A DNA stretch of 64,000 bases from Spirochaetia bacterium (GTDB taxonomy: Bacteria; Spirochaetota; Spirochaetia; UBA9216). The stretch is from positions 1,024,001 through 1,088,000 of the forward strand of contig OZ223269.1 of the NCBI GenBank assembly GCA_965140585.1, written 5' to 3'. Positions 1 to 9,200 of the stretch are shown here, in pieces. The stretch's first letter is position 1. Each line of letters begins with the position of its first letter. The position numbers were made by a program, and so were the translations under genes. The notes beneath the pieces are model-generated. The model was not told the origin of the DNA. It saw only the letters and a program-made list of their open reading frames with translations, and did no database searches.

Positions 1-666
1 GTCATTGAACCTGAATCTGCTGAAACCAACTACAACATGGCCATGACGCTTTCAATGCAGAAGAGATATGCTGAAGCTCTGGAATATTCAGTTAAAGCAG
101 TACAGGCTGCATCTTCAAATGCCGCCTATCTTTTTACCCTCGGTGAAATAAGCGAGGCTCTTGGTGATATAACAAATGCCATGGCGGTTTATGAAAAGTC
201 GGTTGCCGCTGATAAGGATTATCTTCCACCGCGTATTAACCTTGGAAAACTCTATGATGAAGACGGTCAGTTCGATAAGGCGCTCAACCATCTTGTAGTA
301 GCCTATAAACTGGATCCTGAATCTTTTCCGGTCAATAACAACCTCGGAAATGTTTATCAGCATACAGGATTATATGAAGACAGTATTAAACATCTTAAAA
401 AGGCTATTGAGAAAAAGCCCAATGAATCAAAAGTCAGGTATAATCTTGCTATGGCCTATATCGAAACTGAAAATAAGGATTCTGCAATTAAGACCCTGCA
501 GGAACTGCTAAAAATAGATTCAAATTACTGGGATGCCTATTACCAGCTTGCAACACTTATGTATGCAAACGGTGACGAACGCGGTGCCTCAGAGGTGGCT
601 AAAAAACTGCTGGACAAGAATCCTGATTATGCAAGAAGGGCCGAAATGGAAGCCCTCATAATGTAA
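1..666 (+). CDS. TPR-repeat protein (5' truncated by window edge)
   Basis: Frame is open from base 1. It has repeated TPR-like helices (NLGKLY..., NNLGNVY..., YNLAMAY..., YYQLATL). Confidence 0.85.
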   Translation, partial: VIEPESAETNYNMAMTLSMQKRYAEALEYSVKAVQAASSNAAYLFTLGEISEALGDITNAMAVYEKSVAADKDYLPPRINLGKLYDEDGQFDKALNHLVVAYKLDPESFPVNNNLGNVYQHTGLYEDSIKHLKKAIEKKPNESKVRYNLAMAYIETENKDSAIKTLQELLKIDSNYWDAYYQLATLMYANGDERGASEVAKKLLDKNPDYARRAEMEALIM

Positions 667-670
667 TTGC

Positions 671-2506
671 CTAAATAATTCTTCCGAACATTTTATACAG
701 CTGTTCCCTGTCGAGAGTCTGGACAACAGGCCTTCCATGGGGACAGCGTGGATTTTCAAGCAGTAAAACCTTTTCGGCAAGTTCATATGCCGTAATGCTG
801 TCGATAATCTCACCATCCATGATCGCAGATCTGCATGATATCAAAGCAAACAGTTTCTTATGAAGCTCTTCAGCGGTTAGATTAGTGTTCTGAAAAAACT
901 CCATATAACTCGAACTGCCTGTATAAGCAAGAGACGGAACTGCAGTCAGCTGCCAGATTCCGGGACTGCTTTTCTCAATTTTAAAACCGGTTTTAAGATA
1001 GAGATTCATATTCCTGATAAGATTTGCCTCTTCATTCTTTTCAAGTTCAAGAAGCTCAGGAATCAGTAAATCCTGACTTTTACCTTTTTCTTCAGACAAC
1101 TGATTAAATATAATCCGTTCATGCGCTGCATGCTGATCAATAATCAGAAACTCATCACCTTTTTCAAATAATAGAAAAAGGTTAAAAAGCTGCCCTATAT
1201 AAAGAAGGTCTGCTGTTTTTTTATAATTTTCTGCAGCTATACTATCTATATCTTTATTAACGTAAGAAGAAAGGGCAGAGTCTTCCTTTTTTATCTGTGC
1301 AGCAATTGTATCCAGCTTTTCCTTTCTGAAGACTGACTGAGAAGCAAATGAGTTATGCGGACTTTTATAATCACCTTTAAATGTCCTGGGCGTGTAATCT
1401 GAAGTCACTGATTCTGCTTTTGATTCTTTAAAATTACTGAATAGCTCTCTATTTGTAAACGCCGTATTTACATCTGAAACACTATTTTTACTGCCGAAAC
1501 CAGAAAGCTCATCTTTCATTGCGGTTGTCACAGTATGATGAAGGGCCGGAAGGTTTCTGAATTTCACTTCGCGTTTTGCAGGATGAATATTAAAGTCTAT
1601 ATGCTCGGGTGAGATGTCGAGAAAAAGAAAACATATTGGGTGACAGCCTCCCGGAAGAAAGGAATCATAGGCATAATCAACAGCCTGTACTAGTGAATAA
1701 TCGTTTATTCTTCTATTGTTTATAAAAACATGAATGTATTTACGATCTTTTCTATACTGAGAGGGGGTACTGTATACCGCTCTTACTCTAATACCGTCGG
1801 ATTCGGTCTCAAAATATGAAGTAAAATCGGGCAGCATGATTCCGCTGTAGGCCGATAATACCCTTGTTTTCAAATCAGATGCCGGAAGAAATATTTTAAG
1901 ATTACCTTCAGTAAAATACCTGAATGCAGTGTGGATATGCGGCAGTGCTTTTTCAATAAAAACTGAACGGCATTGAGCAGATTCCGAAGACGCACTTTTT
2001 AAGAAATTTTTGCGTCCCGGCATGGAATAAAACAAATCTTTTACCTGCACGGTAGTACCCTGTTTACCCCTGCCGGCTTCAAGTCGGATAAGCTTTCCAT
2101 CCTCAACTTCCAGAATCATAGCTGAATCCTGATTTGAAGAACAGCTTGTAATTGTAAGTTTTGCACAGGATGCTATACTTGAAAGCGCTTCGCCTCGAAA
2201 TCCCATTGTTGTTGTACTGTAAATATCTTCAAAATCTTTAATCTTACTGGTGGCATGAGGTAAAAAACATTTCTTTAAATTCTCTTCATCCATGCCGCAG
2301 CCGTCGTCTGTTACCCTGATATTTGAAATACCGCCGTTTTCGATATGAACAAGTATTTCCGAAGCTTCAGAGTCAATTGAATTATCAAGTAGTTCACGAA
2401 GTACAGCCTGAGGCCTGTCTATAACTTCGCCCGCGGCAATGCGGCGGGCGACAGAATCCCGGAGAACCTCAATTCTCCGGGAAGAGTTAATATAATTATC
2501 AGTCAT
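671..2506 (-). CDS. mutL: DNA mismatch repair endonuclease MutL
   Basis: GHKL ATPase motifs IAAGEVIDRP, ELLDNSID, DDGCGM, HATSK and GFRGEAL. C-terminal endonuclease motifs DQHAAHER and CPHGRP. Confidence 0.97.
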   Translation of the reverse strand: MTDNYINSSRRIEVLRDSVARRIAAGEVIDRPQAVLRELLDNSIDSEASEILVHIENGGISNIRVTDDGCGMDEENLKKCFLPHATSKIKDFEDIYSTTTMGFRGEALSSIASCAKLTITSCSSNQDSAMILEVEDGKLIRLEAGRGKQGTTVQVKDLFYSMPGRKNFLKSASSESAQCRSVFIEKALPHIHTAFRYFTEGNLKIFLPASDLKTRVLSAYSGIMLPDFTSYFETESDGIRVRAVYSTPSQYRKDRKYIHVFINNRRINDYSLVQAVDYAYDSFLPGGCHPICFLFLDISPEHIDFNIHPAKREVKFRNLPALHHTVTTAMKDELSGFGSKNSVSDVNTAFTNRELFSNFKESKAESVTSDYTPRTFKGDYKSPHNSFASQSVFRKEKLDTIAAQIKKEDSALSSYVNKDIDSIAAENYKKTADLLYIGQLFNLFLLFEKGDEFLIIDQHAAHERIIFNQLSEEKGKSQDLLIPELLELEKNEEANLIRNMNLYLKTGFKIEKSSPGIWQLTAVPSLAYTGSSSYMEFFQNTNLTAEELHKKLFALISCRSAIMDGEIIDSITAYELAEKVLLLENPRCPHGRPVVQTLDREQLYKMFGRII

Positions 2507-2514
2507 AAAATCTT

Positions 2515-4779
2515 TTAGAAATGTACCCTTGTATCAATTGTGAAGGCGTAATAAACCTCTGAATCTTCTGTAATATTACCATTATTGTCCCTGCTTAGAG
2601 CAGTTGCAAACTGCAGTGCAACATCAAGATTATTAGAGAATGGATAGACAAGTTCACCATTGAAAATAGTATCAGTATCAAACAACTGGAACGCAGCTCC
2701 GTCAACGGTATCTCTTATACTTGAAGCAAGGTTGGTCCTGATATAGCTTACAGAACCATATAGACCCACTACAGGTATAACATCAGGCATAAGTTCCAGT
2801 GAAAGTATGAAATAATCATCATCTGCCGGACTGACGGTATCTCCGTCAAGCTGCCATGGCCACAGATATCCACCGGTAAGAGCAAGTGCATCAAAAAAGT
2901 TCATTCCCAGTTCACCATAGACTCCCATGGTAACAGTCTGATAACTCTCATCGCCAGGGTTATCTAAATAAGCAAGAATAGCATTGTAGTAGGAAGTCTT
3001 GTTCCTGTCGTAATTTGAGTTATAGAACGCAGGTGTAAAAAGCCCCTTGCTGTATCGGTATTCCAGTCTGTAATCAAGTCCGAATACATCACCGTAAAAA
3101 CCGGTTGCAATACCGTAATTGTTAAGCGCGGCTGAAAAATCTGATGCACCAGCATTGTAGAATGTGGAGGATTCAAAACTTCCGTCAATATATGGAATCA
3201 TAGTTGCAGTATCAGCAAACAGAGTCATGTTAATCATGCTGAGAGGCAGTTCTATATCGAAAGAAGGATTAACAAACATCGGATCAAAAAGACCGCTGTC
3301 TGAGTCAAGCTCTGAATCAGGGTTTATATCGGCTACAGCTGACAGTCCAAATCCGAGAGGGAATTTAGTACCCATTGGTTTTACAACAAAACGTCCGCCG
3401 AAGATTGATGGTGCAGAGGCATCATCAATAACAGCTTCAAAATCTATATATTCAAACTTCATTCCGGTATTTAAACCGACTTTTCTGATTGCAGGAAATT
3501 CGGTATCGTTGGCATAATTATACATGAGTATTCCATGACCAATAGTCATGTTGCTCAAATTACCGAATTTTAGGTAGAAATCATCTCCGTTATCTCCCCA
3601 CTGAAGATATCTTATTTTGAGAAACAGGTCGCTGACTACATCCAGACTAACATCTACCCATCCGTTTTGATCTGTACCGAATGACCATTCATCGTTTCCT
3701 GAAGGGTGGTACCAGGAGTCAGGATCAAAAAGGTTGTCCTGATATATTACAGGCAGATACAGACCCGCTCTGAATTTACCGATCTCAAACTGGGGCTGCA
3801 TAACCGCCTTGGCGTAAGTTTCACCGTCAATAGTAACTGAACCTATTTCAAAACCCAGAAAATCTCCAATGTCGGATAAAAGATCATCGAATGGTCCTGG
3901 TTCTGCAGCTTTCTTTTCTTCGTTACCACCTTCAGAATCACCGGAACCGCCTCTTGCTGCTGGCTTGCCTGAGATTATACCTGCAGCGGAACCTGCGGAA
4001 GGCTCAGGAGCAGTTTCCGCTTCTGCTTCAGGTTCTTCAACAGCTTTTTCTTCGGGAGCCTGAGGTTCTTCCTCTTCGGCTTCCTTTTCAGTTTCTTCTT
4101 CCGGCTCATCAGGAGTAACGGTATGACCGGGAACCTGACCGGGATCAACACCCTTGAACTGCATGTCGTTGAAGTATTCACCAAGCTGAGAGGCAGGCAC
4201 TGCGGCCGCTGTAAAAACATCAGCAAAAACATCTGCTACCTGACCGCCTAAAACATCTATTGTATCTCCGTTGAGAAGACTGGAAAATGAAACTGCACCA
4301 TCTTTAACAGCCAGTTTGCCGATGGAGTCAATAACAAAGTCGGTGCCGCGAACACCGCAGACTGCCGACTGAGTGACAATAGAGTAGTTCTCAAATCCAA
4401 GTCCGGCTCTGGCAGCTATTACTCTTAATTTACCGTTAAAGAGTGAAAAATCATTTGATTCATCTGCCGTACGCTGAAATGCTTCAATCTGAAAAACCGA
4501 ATTTTCAGATATCTTTAATATGGAACCGTTGGGATCAAGCTGGATTTCAGCAGTTGAATTATAGGTCTTAACTGTTGAACCGGGAAAAAGTTCCATTCCG
4601 GTAAAGACATCTCCAATATATTCGCCGGCACTGTCAAAAATTTCCAGTTCGAAGTCATCATCGTAGTAAACCAGAAATGCAGTAGGATTTATCTGATCCT
4701 GAGATGCAGCCGGGAAAACTGCGATTAAAAAGAGAAGTGTAAAAATTATTAAAATGGCTGAATTAAGTCGTCTGATCAT
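2515..4779 (-). CDS. FecR-domain protein with E/P/A-rich linker and C-terminal putative beta-barrel
   Basis: Signal peptide and FecR-like motif (TQSAVCGVRGTDF). Acidic low-complexity linker, then a beta-rich C-terminal domain ending in Phe. Confidence 0.75.
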   Translation of the reverse strand: MIRRLNSAILIIFTLLFLIAVFPAASQDQINPTAFLVYYDDDFELEIFDSAGEYIGDVFTGMELFPGSTVKTYNSTAEIQLDPNGSILKISENSVFQIEAFQRTADESNDFSLFNGKLRVIAARAGLGFENYSIVTQSAVCGVRGTDFVIDSIGKLAVKDGAVSFSSLLNGDTIDVLGGQVADVFADVFTAAAVPASQLGEYFNDMQFKGVDPGQVPGHTVTPDEPEEETEKEAEEEEPQAPEEKAVEEPEAEAETAPEPSAGSAAGIISGKPAARGGSGDSEGGNEEKKAAEPGPFDDLLSDIGDFLGFEIGSVTIDGETYAKAVMQPQFEIGKFRAGLYLPVIYQDNLFDPDSWYHPSGNDEWSFGTDQNGWVDVSLDVVSDLFLKIRYLQWGDNGDDFYLKFGNLSNMTIGHGILMYNYANDTEFPAIRKVGLNTGMKFEYIDFEAVIDDASAPSIFGGRFVVKPMGTKFPLGFGLSAVADINPDSELDSDSGLFDPMFVNPSFDIELPLSMINMTLFADTATMIPYIDGSFESSTFYNAGASDFSAALNNYGIATGFYGDVFGLDYRLEYRYSKGLFTPAFYNSNYDRNKTSYYNAILAYLDNPGDESYQTVTMGVYGELGMNFFDALALTGGYLWPWQLDGDTVSPADDDYFILSLELMPDVIPVVGLYGSVSYIRTNLASSIRDTVDGAAFQLFDTDTIFNGELVYPFSNNLDVALQFATALSRDNNGNITEDSEVYYAFTIDTRVHF

Positions 4780-4793
4780 AATATCCTCCTGCC

Positions 4794-6191
4794 TCAGAAC
4801 AGCTGCAGCGAACAGCTTAGAGTGGAATTGACGGTATAATCATCCATGGTGAGCTCCGGATCATCATCCGGGTTGTACAGCAGGTCATATGACAATGTTA
4901 CGACCGCGCCTCCTGCATCATAGTTGACCGCCAAATTAATATAACTGTCTTCACCTGCAATCAGGTCACTGAATGCGGTAATATATTTTTTATCATATGA
5001 AGCCTCAAGAGAGAACTTTGGTATTAAACCTTCAGCAATAGCAAGCCGAGCAAGCATATGAGGGTAATCCGTGTAGTAATAATCATGTACAGTCTCACCA
5101 GCACCCAGTTCAGGTACAGCCTCAAAGGGACCATCCACCGTAGCTGTAAACATCAGCCTATCATCGAACAGCGAAATACCAGTAGTTGCCATCCATGCTA
5201 CACTTGGTTCGATAACAGTGGTATCCGAGTTCAGAATGGCAAACTTTGTACCGCGGTAAATATCATAAGTTGAATCAAAATAAGACGGAATAAAATTCTC
5301 ACCGAGGAATCTAACCTGAAATACATACGGAAGGATACTGATAATTCTTCCTCCGAATCCGATCATTTCACCATGATTTGCACCCTGGAAGGCCACATCA
5401 CCAAAAAGGGCAAGACTCAGGAAGGGAAGATTAAGAACAGGTTGGATAATATCGGTACCCCATATAAAAACCGTGTCGGCAGTAAGAGAAGAATCAAAGT
5501 ACTCTTCACGATAGTCAGGCGCAGTGTCCCATGCTCCGGAAATTCCCCATTCCAGATTCTTAAGTACGGGAATTTCAGACCAAATCATCGGCCTTGCATA
5601 AATCCTTCCGCCTATTACATCAAAACTGGCAAGATTTCCTACGAAGGTCTCAAGCCCTACATAGGGGAATTTAAAAAGCGTACCGTCTATATCAAAATTA
5701 AGTCCTGCAATTTTTTCATTCGGCTGAAAGATAGTATTGGAATAATTGCTTACAATGAATCCAGTACCAAGAGTTGCATCTTCTATCTGTCCGTATTTAA
5801 CATAAAGAGGATCACCCTTGTATCCGTATCTGACATAGGTAATTTTCGGCATGTATAATGCCAGATAATCTGCAAAGGTTCCATCCGCGATTACCCAGTC
5901 TTCCTCACGTACATCAAAACTGCTGCCGTCATTATCAGCCGGATCGACAAATCTGTAATGAAGAACTACGTCAAGTCCCACACCGAAATTTCCTATTGCA
6001 AGATCAGGCTGAAGTGCTATTGTCTGATAGGTTTCCGGGGTTCCTCCAAGTGTATCAAATGTTTCTACACCAAGAAGGAGTCCAAGACCGAAATCAGCAC
6101 CTGAACCGCCGGATTCAGCATCCTGTGCAAAAACCGGAATCATCAACGTTGTTAAAATAATTATCAGGAAAAATAATCTGTTAGATTTCAT
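4794..6191 (-). CDS. Putative outer-membrane beta-barrel protein, paralog of the C-terminal domain of the downstream FecR protein
   Basis: Signal peptide (VFA|QD), alternating beta pattern and terminal Phe. Shares KIxYxxxG..GD..Y.K.G.....T.G.G....NY.N with the 754-aa ORF. Confidence 0.7.
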   Translation of the reverse strand: MKSNRLFFLIIILTTLMIPVFAQDAESGGSGADFGLGLLLGVETFDTLGGTPETYQTIALQPDLAIGNFGVGLDVVLHYRFVDPADNDGSSFDVREEDWVIADGTFADYLALYMPKITYVRYGYKGDPLYVKYGQIEDATLGTGFIVSNYSNTIFQPNEKIAGLNFDIDGTLFKFPYVGLETFVGNLASFDVIGGRIYARPMIWSEIPVLKNLEWGISGAWDTAPDYREEYFDSSLTADTVFIWGTDIIQPVLNLPFLSLALFGDVAFQGANHGEMIGFGGRIISILPYVFQVRFLGENFIPSYFDSTYDIYRGTKFAILNSDTTVIEPSVAWMATTGISLFDDRLMFTATVDGPFEAVPELGAGETVHDYYYTDYPHMLARLAIAEGLIPKFSLEASYDKKYITAFSDLIAGEDSYINLAVNYDAGGAVVTLSYDLLYNPDDDPELTMDDYTVNSTLSCSLQLF

Positions 6192-6254
6192 GACAAATTC
6201 TCCTTGTTAATATTATATACCTTATCGACTTATTAAACAATTTAGCTGTGTAAA

Positions 6255-9200
6255 TTAATACATCACGCTACCGCTTATACCGGCACCTGTTCCGAAAAGC
6301 CAGATATGTCCGTCATCGGAATTTTCATAGGACAAGCCGGCTGTAACATAGGCTGATAGTGTAAAAGTCTGAAAAATGGTCAGTGCTGTTGTATGTTTCA
6401 GTTCTATATCATACGAATCTGAAATTGCAAAAACCATAAGTTCTTCATTTGTAAATATTTCAAGAGCCTCCTCTTCAGGGCTGAAAAAAGGAAGGTCGAT
6501 CGGCTTTTCCGGAATGCGGTTCCAGCTCCAGGTAAAAGCAGCTTCAAAAGATCCGGTAACGTCCTCATTATTGACAGGAAGTACTGATGCTGTTTCAAAG
6601 GAAATTGATTCTGTTTCATCAGTATAAAAAACGGCTGATGTACCAAGACCGTATTCCTGTACCGGTTGAGTATTCAACAGCCCGGAGAGAATTGCAGTCG
6701 CTGACCAGCTGTATTCATCCGAATACCAGAGATTAGTCAGTGAATGTGCTCCGGCCTGCCCAAAGAGATTCAAGGCTGTAGAACGGCCTGTAAAATCAAG
6801 GCTGAGATCACTTTCAAGTTCCAGATAATCTTTAACAGTGGTTCCGGTAATGCTGATATCAAGAAATGAAGGAAGAAATAGATCCATAAGCCTGCTGCTG
6901 TATTTTCTGTTAAGTGTCAGGTAAAGACTGTTGGTAAGTTCAGCATAATCAATTTCATAGGCGTTACAGCTATCATAAAAGGACTCAGACAGGGATTCCG
7001 AAAATAATTCATATCCCGGAACTGAAGTAAACAGGTATGCCTGCTCTGATACTGTTGTGAAAAGTTGATCAATATCTTCCTGAATAAGTGTATTTTTGGT
7101 GTCATATGTAAAATCAGCATTCCTGCTGTAGCCAATTCGGGCCGTCATTCCCCAGACTTCATCCGGGAGACTGATAGGGACAGCCATGTCCATATCAAAT
7201 GTGTCTGTCTTAATGTTATCACTGTCCACACTGCCTGAAAGCGTAATGGAGGTTTCAAAACCGGCAGGGACGGTTTTTATTCCAGGATTAAGACTGAATG
7301 CGCTGCTTCTTTCGATATTTTCGCCTGTATAGTAGGGCAGCATAAGACCGAAAGAATTTAACCATCCGTCGAAATATCCGTTCCAGCCGGGGTTGTAGCC
7401 GGAACCGGACAAAACCATGGCTGCTGAAGCTCCGCAGTAAAAAGACCCGAAGCTTAAATTTAATGTAGAATTCCAGTCCTGAAGAAGTAAATCATCAGAA
7501 AGAGAGGCTGTAAATCCGGCAAGTTCACCCGTTAGCCAGGGAAGGTTCAGCACAACAGAATCTGTTTTTGAAAAATCATCAGCTGAGGTATCTGCAGATT
7601 GAAAAACATCGTTGATTACCAGTGAACTGCCGGCTACAGGAACTTTCAAACTGTGATATCCTGAATATCTTGAATATTGCTGTGAATTATAAACACCAAG
7701 CGATGTTTTTATATTACTGCCGAGTATACTTGTGGTCATTACGCTTTGTGAATTTATTTCATAATTATCAGTTCCATTATCGCTTAAATCAAAGGCTGCA
7801 TTTTCACTGAAAGAGGTAACACCGATTATTTCTGTATCTCCGGCTTTTAAGACCGCTTTTCCCGAATTTATACTGAAATTAGCAGAAATTCCCGCACCTG
7901 CAATGTAAACGGAATCTTCCAGGTTAACCTCATCAATAAAAACAGTTCCACCTGCTGTATCATCCATAAAAAATTCGATGAGTGAAAATGAAGCGGGACT
8001 GCCGGAAACTGTAATATCAGTATCAGCTGATAAAACTCCATCTATATAAACTGATAAATCAGTATAATTCACCTCAACTTTATGCCAGACTGAAGTTTCA
8101 GAAATCGGAAGAATCATTTCATATCCGTTTGAGCTACCATCTGTAATCCTGACACCAAGATTGCTGTCTCCGCTGAGTGCCGGAGCATGGTAATAAAATG
8201 ACAAGCTTCTGTAATTCGAAGAATCTACCGGCTCTATATAAGAATACATATTCCAGTCTGAGTCCCAGTCAATTCGAAGAACACGGTTTGATTCACTTCC
8301 AATATAATCAGTTGAAAGAGCTTCATCAGGAGCTTCAGAGCTGAGTATATCTTCCTCATATATCTCTGAATATTCCGGAGCTGTATAACTTCCTTCAATG
8401 TTTGCAAACATGGAAGAGCCTTCAAATTTAAAATCTGCAAACATCAGTCTGCCTTCGGCCGCAGCTGTATTGCTTTTAACTGAAATTCTTACAAATTCAC
8501 TGTCTTTTAAACGTGAAAAAGCTGCAGCTCCGCTGTCAGTAAAATAACATCTGATTTTTTTCCAGCCGGTTCCAGGCAGCTGAAAATCAGTTCCGCTTTC
8601 AAATATAGCTATTGAGTCTGTTTTTTCACGATCAGCAATACCATTATCATTGATATCTTCACTATCAAGAACATCATTTGAGCCGTTTTGATTGTCTCCG
8701 CCGATAAGGGTACCGGAGGATGTATTCGGATCATTAAAAATGAAACCCTCTGAATACTCACTCGATTCTTCACCTATATAACCATCTGCGTCGAGATCCT
8801 CAGCCACAGAACCAGCTTCAATATAGACAGATAAATCAGATACATCTCCTTCCGATTTCATATAAAAACTAAAAGATTTATACATGCTCATATCCTGATT
8901 ACTGCCGCCTTTATTCAGTGGAAGCTGCATTCCGACCCATTCGGTGCTGTCTGCAAGCTCATAATCAAGAATAAGCGCATTTGTTATGCCGATACCGTCA
9001 GAATCAGGTATAGATGCAATATAAGGTCCTGATTTATACATATCTGCTGCTTTGGAATCAGCCGGATTGTAAATAAAGCTTTCATCAATTTCTGTATTAT
9101 AATCCTGATATGTACTTGAAGAGGCTGTATACCTGTAATCCTTGTAGTAAAGAATTCCCCTGTTAGCGTTTGTTAAACCACCATCAATAATACCTGATGG

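Noticed and set aside
3900-4120. Repetitive GA-rich stretch and overlapping short plus-strand ORFs
   Set aside because: Explained by the E/P/A-rich linker of the FecR protein; the short ORFs are antisense shadows.
5058-6160. Antisense ORFs of 70-166 aa here and elsewhere (for example 28852-29298, 56204-56704)
   Set aside because: They lie opposite well-supported genes and have no RBS or recognisable motifs, so they were treated as shadow ORFs.
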